Notes: generated from the sequence alone by a model not told the origin. Positions 42,118-55,794 are shown, counted from the first letter of the stretch. The stretch is DNA of 64,000 nucleotides from Eledone cirrhosa (GCA_964016885.1 OZ024742.1:105772001-105836000); one strand, 5' to 3'. A program made the numbers and translations.

Positions 42118-42918
42118 CTACTTAGAAATATATACACAGACATATAAATATATGTGGACGCACACGCACCATAGATACATACATACACTCACACGCCTAC
42201 ACATATACACGCATATACACAGAGATAGATTTAGATAGACAGGCAGGCAGACATACAGACAGATATATAGGCAGACCGACGGATAGATAGATAGATAGAT
42301 AGATAGGTAGATGAGAAGCTGAAAAAGGGACAGAAAGAAACATGTGATTTAATAAAGAAGTGTTGAATATTGAAAGTCAAGTAAACTATTTCAGGTGATG
42401 GTAAAGGGTGCAATTTAGACGTATTGGGGTTATCTACTAATTTGTGTTGTGGCATAAGAATGCCTAATATTTTCGTTGTTAATGGGTTAGTGTGTTTTGT
42501 GCCCGGACCAAGCTATCAACAACTAGTATACAGCGGATGTGGCCCTTACTGAAAAGGGCGGCAGCCAACCAAAATGATATGCCACGTGTGGTTTCGTCTG
42601 AGTTCTTTAAAATCTAGACGCACGCACACACACAAAGACACACACACACTCACACACACACTCTCTCTCACACACACACTCTCTCACACACAATGTATTT
42701 CCTCTGTTGCTACAAGTTTGCTTTCCACTTACCAGATCCTGGGTTCTATCCCTACATTTGTTCCTGTAAATAGATTATTTCTTCTCAGTTACTCATTTAT
42801 TTAATCTTGTTTGTCATTTGTACATACATGCTAAACATGTATATATATTATATATATATTATTTGTACATACATGGGCGTTGACATATATATTATATATA
42901 TATTATTTGTACATACAA

Positions 42919-43108
42919 GGGCGTTGGATTGGCAGTATCGGTAGAGAGTCGGACGCCATGTTTTCCAGCATAGTTACGTCCCTTTACGATCTGAGTTCAA
43001 ATCCCGCCGAGGTTAACTTTGCTTTTCATCCTTACGGGGTCGATAAAATAAAGTACCAGTAATGCACTGGGTAATTGCTGGCCTTGTGCCTAAAGTAGAA
43101 ACAATTAT
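42919..43108 (+). mobile_element. Young full-length SINE family A
   Basis: Intact head, core and tail; attatttgtacataca duplicated at both ends. Confidence 0.9.
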
Positions 43109-43289
43109 TTGTACATACATGCTAAACATGTATATATTATATATATATATTTGTACATACATGCTAAACATGTATATATTATATATATATATTTGTACAT
43201 ACATGCTAAACATTTCAATATATTATTAAACTATCATTTTTATCTTTCGTCTCTTTCACGTGTCAGTAACTAACACAAACTATAAGTTT

Positions 43290-43665
43290 CTTCTTCACCC
43301 ACTTATTCCTGGGTGGGTCGTGGAAGCAGAGTCCTCGAGCACGCCTTCCTGAGGGTCCTGTCAGAACCAACCCTGTTCAGCTGGATCTCCAAGCGAGACC
43401 AGTCAAGCTCATGGATGTCATCTAAACATTTTGCTCGGTGTTTACCCCTGGATCTCCTGCCGGCTGGTTTTGCCGGTAAAATATGTCCTACACTTCTTTT
43501 CTGAGACATGTTGATCATATGTCCGTAGTATCGGTGCTGTAATCTCTCAATTCGGAGAAGTAGTGGCTCTACTCCCTGATCTCCGGGCTACTCACACTAT
43601 CGAATAACTTTATTCCAGAGACATTTAGAGGGAATCCCATTCCGGCCGCTTGTATTCACGACCAT
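43290..43665 (-). mobile_element. RTE (Expander-like) ORF C-terminal relic
   Basis: AKPAGRRSRGKHRAKCLDDI...LLPRPTQE* followed by a short gaa-rich end. Confidence 0.7.
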
Positions 43666-44289
43666 AGGTTTGGTTTTGCATAAATACTGAAATTGAAGAA
43701 GATAATGATCAATGACACTTGCCCAATGTGCCATATATCGAGATCGAACCCAGGATCAAATGATTGCAGAACAAACTTCTTAACCATTCGGCCATGCTGC
43801 GACTACATCTGAGATATTCGACAGTGATGTTGACATTTTGAAAATCACACGTTTTGCTAAATTTGAACTACTCACATCTTTAGCTCCTAACAATCCAGGC
43901 CTTCCCTACCCATTGAGGCAGTTATAAAAGCCATTCACGAAAGAAATGACTTGAATTACTTGTAACACCTCCGTTTATTATATTTCTATTCACTGGAGCG
44001 CCGACATATTTATACATGGAATTTCGTACACACACACACACACACATGCTTGCAAGCATGCACGCACACACATATACACATGCATACACAAAAGGGCTGT
44101 GTAAATGTGGTTTGGGCTAAACGTCACTTTATAGCCTTGGTATTTGTAAGAGACATACATTTTATAGCAATTTCTCAGCATGTCCTCAGATGTAGACTGG
44201 AACATGTAAAAAAAGAAAAATAAGTAAACTCGGCTCTATATACAATATTCTACATCTTCTAGCCTTCGACTTCACCCTCCCTCGGTATA

Positions 44290-44695
44290 TGTGGCACCAT
44301 CAACGAAACGACTCGCTATCAGAGAAGCAGGCTAGTTGTTTGTAAAGTCACCGGCAATACGTTCTGACTTAAACTTTCTTGAATAAACTGAAGATATTTT
44401 CACCGGTGACATGCTTATCGATTCAGCCATAAACCTAGATGCAGCCGCTCAAAGTGTAAATGAGCTGAAAATTACCAAATTCAAGGCATTAACAGACATA
44501 TTCTCTTTTGTGTCGGTTACTGTTGAGATATCCGATGTCTTCCGTTTCTGAACTACTAATTTTATCCACCAAATCAGAACGAAGTCATCACACCTGAAGA
44601 AGGAGTCCCGTGAGGTGGAATGACTGATACAGCAGATATCGTTGGCTGTTCTTCACAGCAAGTCTTTTGCCATCTTATCCACGGGGACAGCTGAG
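44290..44695 (+). mobile_element. CRE-like non-LTR element C-terminal (RLE) relic
   Basis: Hand translation: SAINLDAAAQSVNELKITKFKALTDIFSFVSVTVEISDVF...ESREVE*LIQQISLAVLHSKSFAILST, matching the AAA..K..KY..L..F.PVAVET..QRISLAV.RGNA pattern. Confidence 0.65.
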
Positions 44696-44739
44696 ATATA
44701 AGGAATAGCCAAGTGTATTGTTTTGGGAGTTGTTTCTAT

Positions 44740-45290
44740 TGTATTTAGAACACTCATCGCAATATATGCGTAGTGCTTAATAGAACAATGTTCTGTATGC
44801 TGTACATATTTTATCAAGTACTGGTGTTTTGGTTAAGTATTTGTCCGAGTGGTTTTTTTTTTTTATCATTCCCAGAGCACCTATTATTAGAAAGATTGTT
44901 TCTGTTCTCATCATCCACGGGTTACTTCTATCTCCAGATCTTCATATCTGGATATTTTTTAAATTTCCTTTATAGATATATTGTCGTCTGTGGGGAGTGA
45001 TATGTCACTTAGAAGGCATTTCTCTTCTTTGTGGTTTCGTCTGGTAGATGGCATTGAGCTCTCTGTTTGTGATTATTGGCATACTCCCATTCCCTGACAA
45101 CTTTTCTGGCGTATATCTGTACCACCCCTTTTCTGTTGGTATTTTGTAGTGATGGCATAACTTCCAGTGTATTTTAACCTCAGCGCTATCATGTCTGTGG
45201 ATATTTTCTTTTTGGACTAAGACTGGGTAGCCTGAGATGATGTGGTTAATGGTTTCTTCCCCACTTCCACATATTCTGCAGTTACTGTGT
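44740..45290 (-). mobile_element. Second, older R4/Dong-type element relic (zinc knuckle + RLE)
   Basis: Hand translation: CRICGSGEETINHIISG...HRHD...IHWKLCHHY...WY; D..LPTDDNISIKE..KISRYEDLEIEV; IIGALG. Confidence 0.8.
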
Positions 45291-45880
45291 TGTGATAGTG
45301 ATGCTGATAGTGATGTTGATGGTATTGATGGTGATACTACTAATGTGATGTTGGTGGTATGACAAGGGTGGTGGTAGAGATTGTGATTGTGGTAGTGGTG
45401 GTAATAATGGTCGAGGTAGTAATCGTGATCGTAGTGGTAGAGATGGTGATGGTGGTAGTGGTGGTGGATGTATTAGTAGTGTTAGTGGTGATAGAGATGG
45501 TGGTGGTGGTAGAGGTGATGGAGATGGTGATGGTGGTAGTGGTGGCAGAAATTATAGAGGTTGTAGAAGTGATAGAAGGGGTGTTGGTGGTAGTGGGAGG
45601 TGTGGTGGTAGAGGTGGTGATGGTGGTAGTGGTGGTAGATGTAGTGATGGTGGCTGTAGAGGTAGATGTAGTGATGGTGGTAGTGGTGGAAGAGGTGATG
45701 GTTGTGGTAGTGATGGTAGATGTAGTGATGGTGGTAGTGGTGGTAGATGTAGTGATGGTGGTAGTGGTGGTAGATGTAGTGGTGTTGGTAGTGGTGGAAG
45801 AGGTGGTGATGGTGGTAGAGGTGGTGATTGTGGTAGTGGTGGTAGTGGTTGTAGATATTGTAAAGGTGGTGGTGGCGCTG
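45290..45880. repeat. Degenerate (GGT/GTA/GAT)n trinucleotide low-complexity tract
   Basis: Direct reading; produces the poly-Thr/Val/His pseudo-ORFs. Confidence 0.9.
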
Positions 45881-46145
45881 CATTTAGGGGTGGTGTAATG
45901 TTGCATATATTATACGCCTCATCACCATGCCAATGAAAAATTGGTCTTAGATAAACAAATACCCAGATACCTGCCTAATCTACCCGTTTATAGACATAGC
46001 CACTTGTCCTAATATAAAAGCAAAGCGTGTAAGAGAGTGTACCCAGGTGGCGTTGAGTAGCGGGTGAAAATTAGCAAGCTGAACTGCTCACACCGGAAGC
46101 TTGTTTAGAATACTCGGGTTTCACCAAATACACGCACGCACGCAC

Positions 46146-46320
<175 letters not shown>

Positions 46321-46650
46321 AGCACAGACACACACACACACACGCACACGCAAACACACACACACGCAAACACACACACACGCACTCACATACATTCTCA
46401 CATACATACACAGTTGCCCTGACATACATACATAAATACATACGTACGTACGTACATACATACATACATATGTACATACATACATGCATACGTACATACG
46501 CACATACGTACGTACATACATACATACGCACGTACATACATACATGCATACATATATATGTACATACATACATATGTACATACAGGTAATCACATAGTCG
46601 CACGGACTCTTACATTCACAGACAAAGACATGTATACACATAAAAGCCTT

Positions 46651-46685
<35 letters not shown>

Positions 46686-47217
46686 CACACATTTACACGT
46701 TTAAGTTCACTTCCCCCCACAGACCTCTCATTATATATACGACACACAGAGCAGTGGATTACCAGAGTCGTTAGAACGTCGGACAATATGCTTTCTGGCA
46801 TAGGGTTACGCCCCTTTACGATCTGAGTTCAAATCCTGCCAAGGTTAGCTTTCCCTTTAATCCTTACAGAGTCGATAAAATAAAGTACCAGTAATGCGCT
46901 GGGGTCGATTTAATGAATTTCCCCTTCCTCAAATTGTTCACCATGTGCCTAAATAAAAAAAAAAACATTATATATACGACACTAAAAAAAAAAGAAATGT
47001 GTAGGGAACTCAACACACGTGTTTTTCTCTCCAAATATTGTTTTCCGTTTCTTTCTCTTCTCAGTTGTCCTCTACCTTCTTTTATTTCTCATTCATCTTC
47101 TGATAACGGGCTAATATCCAAAACGTTAAAACTCTGTTTCTTCTATATCTAGCGTTCAAGTAATATATATCTTCATTGTACTGTATTGTTTGGTGTATTT
47201 GTTTTCCCTTTACCTTT

Positions 47218-47288
<71 letters not shown>

Positions 47289-47327
47289 ATATTAAATAAA
47301 TGGAAACTATATTTATAAAACCATATT

Positions 47328-47390
47328 TATTTTATTATATATATTTCAAGGGTACCAAAACACTTTGGTACGCTTTCTTCAGATAAAATA
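47328..47390 (-). ncRNA. Minimal type-I hammerhead ribozyme motif
   Basis: Minus strand: tattttat CTGAAGA aagcgtaccaaa-gtgt-tttggtaccctt GAAA tatata TA ataaaata. 8-bp stem I; about 45 nt downstream the sequence runs into (TA)n. Confidence 0.78.
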
Positions 47391-47595
47391 CAAAGTTTGT
47401 TTTATAAATAGAGACATACCCAGGAAAATCATACCTTATCAGTTGGATATTCTCTGGATAGTGGAAATGTATTATGGATTTTTCAAACTTATGGGTGAAT
47501 ATGCAAATGAATATGTAAATAATTGAAAAATTGAAAGACAACCGTTTATTTAAACGTCTATGGAGAAAGAGAAGAGAGAAGAGAAGTAGGACAAA

Positions 47596-47669
<74 letters not shown>

Positions 47670-48986
47670 AGGAAAAATGCGAAGATGAATAAAAAAAACT
47701 CACATAACGTTAATTTGAGGGAAATATATTCGAACAATTATCTATGTATATATGTAAGTATATATCTTAATAATATGTGTATTTATATTAAAAGGATATT
47801 TTACGATTATTAGTTGTTTAAAATTTGTTTATAATATAATATTTTTCATTCGTTTATAAGTAGATAAATAAATAAATAAATAGATAGATATATCGTGTTA
47901 TAGATAGTTGTTCTAATGAGTTATGAGGGATATTGGTTTTGTATTTTATGTAAATAAATATGTATTTAAAATTGAGAATGACTTAAAATTAAATTAAATT
48001 AAATTAAATTAACTGAGTTAAGTACGAATATTTATATTTATATGATTTAAAAGGGAAGATAAGGAAAGAACTCCGGTTTTATTTATTTATTTGTTAGTGT
48101 GAGACTATTTAGTCAAAATAAGTATGGATTTTTAAGATACATTTAGCCAGAATCAGTTAGTGGTTATTAATCTATTGAAAAAATATTGAGAAAATATTGT
48201 AAAAATATTGAAAAAATATTGAAAAAATATTGAAAAAATATATTGAAAAAATACTGAAAAGAAAAATATTGAAAAAATATTGAAAAAATTTTGAAAAAAA
48301 AAAAAATTTTTTTTTAATTTTGAGAAAAATTTTGAAAAGATTTTTGAGAAAATTTAAAAAGAAGTCTTTTTAAAAAAATAATATTTTTAAAAAAAGAATT
48401 TTTTAAGAGATAAGTAATTTTTAAAGAAATAAAAAATTATTAAAATTTAAATTTAAAATAATTAGAATTATATACGTATATATTATATGAAAATTTTTAA
48501 TATTATATGAAAATTTTTTATATTATATCAAAATTTTATATTATATGAACATTTTTAAGAGGTGGAAGTACAGCAAATGTTAGAGATATTATGATTTAGA
48601 GATATCAATATATTAAAAGCAATATATATCAATATATATATATATATATATATTTATATTCATTCTGACGACTGAAAACATCTGCCTTCAAGAAACCACT
48701 GGTAATGAAATAATTATCTTATGTTGTTTATTACATAACTATTTATATATATATATTTATATATGTAAATGTAATCTGAGTTTTTCGAATATTAATAATA
48801 ATATTCGATTTGTTTGCAATTATGCAAACAGCCTCTTTAAAGCCATGTCAGTAGAATGAGCCCCTCATTCATGCTCTTGTGTTGGCATATAAACAGTTTG
48901 CATAATTGCAAACAAATCGAATATATTATTAATATTCGAAAAACTCAGATTACATTTATTGTATTCAGCCATGTAGCGAGATAAAG

Positions 48987-49030
<44 letters not shown>

Positions 49031-49404
49031 ATATATATAAATATATATATAATGAAAAGAAGTTGAAAATGCAACTGGAGTCTTTTAAGAATATTCATTT
49101 ATTTACTTTACCGGTTTCACAGTTCTTATGATTTTCTTATGATAAAGTATAATTGAGATGGAGGGTTTGTGTTTCTGTTGTGGTTTGTTTCGCAGACATA
49201 TTATATACGTGTGTGTTGTGCAAACTGGCATTACAAGTGCAATACCACCTTAATGATTAAAATTGCACACCAGGAAGATGGCCGACGAGGTAGAGACACA
49301 GTTGCCTGATTATCTTATATAAATACTTATCTGTGTGCATTTCCTGCTGATACTACAAATGTACACACACACACACACACACACACACCCAGACATACAC
49401 AGAC

Positions 49405-49437
<33 letters not shown>

Positions 49438-50239
49438 TACACACATACACAGACACACACACAGACACACACAGACACACACACAGAGACACACACATAC
49501 ACACACATACACAAACTCACACACATACACAGACACACAAAGACACACACACACACACACAGACACACACACAGATACACGCATACACAGACACACACAC
49601 AGATACACGCATACACACACACACACATACACAGAGACATACACATACACACACACACACACATACACACACACAGACACACATACACAGACACAGACAC
49701 AGACACACACACACACACACACACACAGACACACACACACATACACACATACACACACATACACACACACACACACACACACTCACACACAAACGTGTAA
49801 ATCTTCAGGGTGAGAATAAAGTCTTTGAAACTACATAGATACCATTTTGTTATTGAAAATTCCAACTACTTTGTGTAGAAGAGAAAATGTGGAACATGTT
49901 CAGAAAAATTTTAAACTTGAAATTTATAAATTAAAACAACGAAAAAGTAAAATCTCAAATAGTATCCGAGATATAGTATTTTATAATCAGGAAAAGACTC
50001 TGCTTGCTGCGGTCTACACTTCACCAGAGCGCTTCTGCATCTTTTTGTATTGTGAAACTGTGAACACCCTATGCTATCTCTATCTGTTAACCTCACCAAA
50101 AACCTATCTAAATGCGATCTAGATGACTCTATGTGATTAGTTTAGGTTCACACTGCCACATTCGGAAATTTTAATCGGAAACTGATCAGGCAATTGAAAC
50201 TCCCTGACCAGATTCTTGAGACTTTTGCACTCTCCACAA

Positions 50240-50552
50240 TACCCGCGGGTGTCCAAGATGCCGTTTCAGGCTCTTGCTAACAGTAAAGGGTGAGACGTCC
50301 CTAGAAAAGCTTCCAGATACCTGGAGAAATAGGGCCGTCCAACCTCAGTCTAGGCGTTTGGACGCCACCAGTATAAAAGCACCACCTTCGTTATTACTCA
50401 CATCCAGGACTACCAAATTACCATTCGGATGCAGGAAGTTCGTCCATACCACGTGACCCAAACAAAAAATTTAACAAAACAATGATTTAAATATGTGAAA
50501 GCAACAAACTTACGGGAACCTACAATACCACGTCTGCAGAAAGCAATACCCA
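50240..50552 (+). mobile_element. Probable 5'UTR/start of an APE-type LINE
   Basis: GC-richer UTR-like block ending in KLTGTYNT, which resembles APE motif I (GTxN). Weak. Confidence 0.35.
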
Positions 50553-50568
50553 ATAATAATAATAATAA

Positions 50569-50754
50569 TTGTTTCTACGTTAGGCACAAGGCCAGCAATT
50601 ACCCAGTGCATTACTGGTACTTTATTTTATCGACCCCGTAAGGATGAAAGGCAAAGTCAACCTCGGCGGGATTTGAACTCAGATCGTAAAGGGACGTAAC
50701 TATGCTGGAAAGCATGGCGTCCGACCCTCTACCGATACTGCCAATCCAACGCCC

Positions 50755-50755
<1 letters not shown>
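50569..50755 (-). mobile_element. Young SINE family A inserted in (AAT)n
   Basis: Intact copy with (AAT)n on both sides. Confidence 0.9.
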
Positions 50756-50811
<56 letters not shown>

Positions 50812-50815
<4 letters not shown>

Positions 50816-53194
50816 GCTAAAACATTCTGGAGAGGAATATGGGAGCAGGATGTTAGACACAATGCCCAGGCAGGGTGGATTGAGACAGTACAGAGGGAGA
50901 TCGGTGAGCAGGCACAACAACAGACTGATTTGAGTATCACAGTTGAAACTCTTAAGGGGCAAGCCAAAAAACTAACCAACTGGAAATCACCAGGCCCAGA
51001 TGGTGTGCAGGGGTATTGGATTAAACATTTAACATCCCTCCACCCGAAGCTGACGGCCATGTTCAATGACTGCTTGGTGTCGGGTGAGGTGCCAGAGTGG
51101 TTGACAAAAGGTACCACAGTTCTGATAATGAAAGACCGAATCAAGGGTAATGATGTTACCAACTATAGACCTATCACATGTCTGCCCGTAATGTGGAAAC
51201 TGTTGACGAGCATTGTGTCTGAGGAAATCTACCATCACCTCCACACAAACAACTTGTTGCCGGACGAACAGAAAGGATGCCGAAAGAAGTCACGTGGTAC
51301 AAAGGACCAGTTGCTTATTGATAAGATGGTAATGGGGAATTGCAGGAGGAGACACACTGATCTTGCCATGGGATGGATAGACTACAGAAAGGCATTTGAC
51401 ATGGTGCCTCATTCCTGGATCACCAAAAGCCTGGAGATCTTCAGGGTGGCAGATAACATCAGACAGTTGCTGGGCAGGAGTATGGGGTCCTGGGAGACAG
51501 AGTTGACATCAACTGGAGTATCCTTGGGAAGCGTGAAGATCAAGAGAGGTATCTTCCAGGGAGATAGCCTGTCCCCTCTGTTGTTTGTCCTTGCCCTGAT
51601 GCCCTTGACCATTATGCTGCGAAAAGCGAGAGCAGGATACAAGTTGGGAAGGGGAGAGCTTACCATCAATCACCTCCTCTTCATGGACGATCTTAAGCTC
51701 TTCGGGAAAAGTGAGAAGGAGTTGGATGTGCTTGTTGACACTGTCCGTATTTTCAGCAGTGATATATGTATGCAGTTTAGTATTGGTAAATGTGGAGTCA
51801 TTGTGATGAGGAGGGGTAGGTTGAGCAGAAGTAACGGGATCCAGATACCAACAGGTGAGATGATAAAGGAAATTGACTCTGAGGAAGGATACAAGTATTT
51901 GGGCGTTCTGGAGGCTGATGGCATAAAGAACAAAAAAATGAAGGAATTGTTAAGAACTGAATACATTCGGAGAGTAAGGAGCGTATTGAAGTCACATCTG
52001 AACAGCAGAAATGCCATAAGCGCAGTAAATTCCCGAGCTGTGTCTATTATTAGGTACAGTGCGAGAATTCTGAGATGGAATGTTGCTGAACAAAAAGAAA
52101 TGGATAGGAAGACTAGGAAGCTATTGACTATCTACAACATGTTCCACAAGCGGAGTGATGTCGATAGACTCTACCTAAGGAGATCTGAGGGTGGAAGAGG
52201 TCTTATCAGCATAGAGGACTGTGTTCAGATGGAGAAAAACAACCTATACAAATACGTGACCTATAGTAAGGAGCCAATGCTCAGAGCTGTACTGAAGGAG
52301 GGGACAGTAGGCCAGGGGATATCCAAGGAGGAAATAACATCAAGGAGGAAGAGCAGCCTTAAGGGAAAATCCCTTCATAGTACCTTCTTTGAGAAAACTG
52401 AATTTAGAGATCCACAGACATGGAACTGGTTGAGAAGAGGAGACCTCAAAAAGGCTACAGAAGGAATGCTAATGGCTGCGCAGGAGCAGGCCCTCAAAAC
52501 GAAGTGGTTGAAGCACCATATCTACAGGGAGGAGGCTAGCCCACTGTGCATGATCTGTGGAGAGAGAGAGGAGACTGTGGCTCACATTGTGTCCGAGTGT
52601 AAACACCTAGCCCAGACCCACTATAAGGGCTGGAGACACGATGTGATGGGCAGGGTGATCCACTGGCACCTGTGCAAAGTAAACAATCTACCACATTCTG
52701 AGAAATGGTATGAGCATAGGCCAGAGGCGGTGATGGAGAACAGTCAGGTGAAGGTGCTGTGGGATTTTAGGATACAGACGGACAAAAAACTGGAACACAA
52801 TAGACCTGACCTGGTGGTTGTGGACAAAGAAAAAAGATCGTGCCTGATTGTGGATGTGGCCTGCCCGTTCGACACGAGAGTGCAAGAGAAGGAGAGGGAG
52901 AAAATTAACCGATACCAGGACCTAAAGTAGGAGGTGAAAAGGATTTGGAACTGCCATGAAGTCAAAGTGATCCCGATTGTCATAGGCGCACTGGGGACTA
53001 TCTCCAAAGGTTTCCAGGGATGGTTAAAGAAAATCGGCCCCTTCACGCTTTTTGGAACGCTTCAAAAGGCATGCTTGCTTGGAACGGCAAGAACCCTCCG
53101 ATACGTCCTGAATATCTGAAGCTGCAGGTAGTGGCTTGATATTCAATCCAACGGACTTTCCAGTTAACCAACATCAATGACTGAGATTCAAGGA
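50812..53194 (+). mobile_element. 5'-truncated R4/Dong-clade non-LTR retrotransposon in (TAA)n
   Basis: (TAA)n at 50756-50812 and 53195-53214. Bombyx Dong and related R4-clade elements are known to target TAA repeats. ~75-nt 3'UTR. Confidence 0.93.
50813..53119 (+). pseudogene. RT + CCHC knuckle + restriction-like endonuclease ORF, one frame, single internal TAG at 52928-30
   Basis: Frame is open from 50813 (QAKTFWRGIWE). Motifs WKSPGPDG, YRPITCL, DYRKAFD, GIFQGDSLSP, LFMDDLK, YKYLG, CMIC..ETVAHIVSEC, RHD, RPD..D..K. The 52934-53119 ORF is in the same frame. Confidence 0.93.
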
Positions 53195-53564
53195 ATAATA
53201 ATAATAATAATAATCGTTATATTTGAATAAATTACTTAGTTACCATTCACATAGAAAATATTTCGGATACCCTTCTTTTTATATATATGTATACTTCACA
53301 TATTTCCTTTTTTTAAATTCTGTGTATATTGCATGTAAATATATGTTTATACACACCTGCATGTATAGGCATCGTCACGTGTAGATAAATATGCTAATAC
53401 AAAACTTACACTCACACATATATAAGCATATATATATATACATCCGATCTGAGACGCACACACACACACACATATGTATATATATATACACAAACACGCA
53501 CATTTATATATATATACACACATACATATATATATATGTATGTATGTATTCATATATAGGTATG

Positions 53565-53597
<33 letters not shown>

Positions 53598-53874
53598 TAT
53601 ATACATACCTATATATGAATATGTCTGTATGTATATGTATGCATGCATATGCGTGTATGTACGTGTGTATATGTGTGTATGTATACGCTCAAAATTGTAT
53701 TAAAAGGCAGGTGAATTCGTACGTCTATTTATTAATACTTTTCTGTGTATACAGGAGATTTGTTTGTTCATCCAGCTGTTATTTTGTAAGTTGGTCCAGC
53801 CAATTTGTCTGTCTGCCTGTTAGCCTGCCAGTCTGACAGTCCGACATCCAGTCTGTGCGTGTATACACACACAC

Positions 53875-53938
<64 letters not shown>

Positions 53939-54389
53939 TTACTTTTTTGCATGTTTCTTTTACCTGTGTCTTCCCAAGATGGGATCTGCACACTTTTTTC
54001 TTCTATTGCTTTCCTATTTTTCCCCTTCTTCCTCTCTCCTCATCATTTCCCCTCTGTTTTTTCCTCCTTTCCCTCTCTTTCCTTTTCTCTCTCCCCCTTT
54101 TCTCTCTCCTTTTCCACCTGGCCTTTTGATTAATAAAAGGCCTCGGGCGCACCCGAACTACACCGATGTCCTGTAATTCAGCGCCGAAACATCGGTTCGG
54201 GATACATTTACAGCTGACGATGGAAACTCCTTTCTTCCTTTCTCCTCCTGTTCTGTCCTAAACCTTGTTTTTAGTAGCCACACAGCTCCTTTCGTTTCAT
54301 AACTTTTTGTATATATATATATGAATATAAAAATACACACACGTGTATATAAATATATAAAGTACCATCTGTACACACACACGCACGCG

Positions 54390-54493
<104 letters not shown>

Positions 54494-54719
54494 AGAGAGA
54501 GAAATATATAAGAGAGAGAGAGATACATAAACATATATTGGATAGAAAAAGACGAAGATAGATGCTTGTGTGTAAAAGCATACATATACAGATGCGCACA
54601 CACTCACTCAAACAGAAACACATACTCACATACACACCACACACACATAACCAGATACTTGCATACATACATACACGCATCGGTATTACATATATATATA
54701 TTTATATATATAACACCTT

Positions 54720-55104
54720 GACTGACCAGTCTGTCGGGCGCCATTCGGCGCCGCTGGTCACAGCACATGCTGTTTTAGCCATACGATGACGCCATCCCAC
54801 TCGCTGGGTGGGCAGGACGTAAGTCTAAAGTCTGTCTTAAGCCAGAAGACCTTATTTGGTCGGTGCTTATCTCGGTTTCATGGCGTGAAGCGACTGAGTG
54901 TACAAGACTCCCCCCTGGACAGGACACCAGTCCATCGCAGGGTTAAACCTCCAGCTATTGCTGGTACTCATTTTCAGCTGAGTAAACTGGAGCAAGGTGA
55001 AATAAAGTGTCTTGCTCAAGGAAACAACACATCACCCGGTCCGAGAATTGAACTCACAACCTTTCGATTGCAAGCCTACTGCTCTAACCACTATGTCATG
55101 CGCC

Positions 55105-55108
<4 letters not shown>
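54720..55108 (-). mobile_element. tRNA-derived CORE-type SINE (family C)
   Basis: Minus strand has tgacatagtggttagagc (A box), gagttcaattctc (B box) and a ccttgagcaagacacttt core. Confidence 0.8.
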
Positions 55109-55176
<68 letters not shown>

Positions 55177-55670
55177 AAATACGTGTTCATATAGCTGTTT
55201 ACCTATCCATAAGCCTACCTTCCCCCCTGGTAGAGTACATCCAGCTATCCTCGACTCAACGACTCAATGTCTAGTTGGCTGTTTGTTTACAGACCAAACT
55301 ATCAAAATAACATTAAATCCAACCAAAAGTATCACGTCTGTATAAAGACTGGCGAAGGTTTACATAAGTAATTTGTAGTTATTGTAAAGGAATCGTGTAT
55401 GGGAGGGGTATATTACGTAATCCTTGCCGCTTTGTGCTCTGTTAACCCCTGCTTATCGCTAACCTAATAATTGAAGTAACGCATACATACATACATGTAT
55501 ACATTGTATACATATATGCATGTATGCATACATACATACATACGCACAGGCATACATACGTTCGTACATATATACATAAATACACACATATGCATTTATG
55601 TATATGTATGTGGATATATACATATATATGTGTGTGTGTGTGTATATATCTATATATACACATACATATA

Positions 55671-55743
<73 letters not shown>

Positions 55744-55794
55744 ATATATATATATATACATATATATATGTGTGTGTGTATATATATATATAAT

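Noticed and set aside
41600-43665. One continuous Expander-like element
   Set aside because: On the minus strand the C-terminal piece lies upstream of the N-terminal piece, so the order is not collinear.
45340-45906. Mucin-like poly-Thr / poly-Val / poly-His ORFs
   Set aside because: Degenerate trinucleotide repeat open in several frames on both strands; no splice or domain context.
50569-53214. Dong as the mobilising partner of SINE family A
   Set aside because: The SINE tail reads (ATT)n and it lies antisense in the tract, whereas Dong ends in (AAT)n; no shared 3' sequence is visible.
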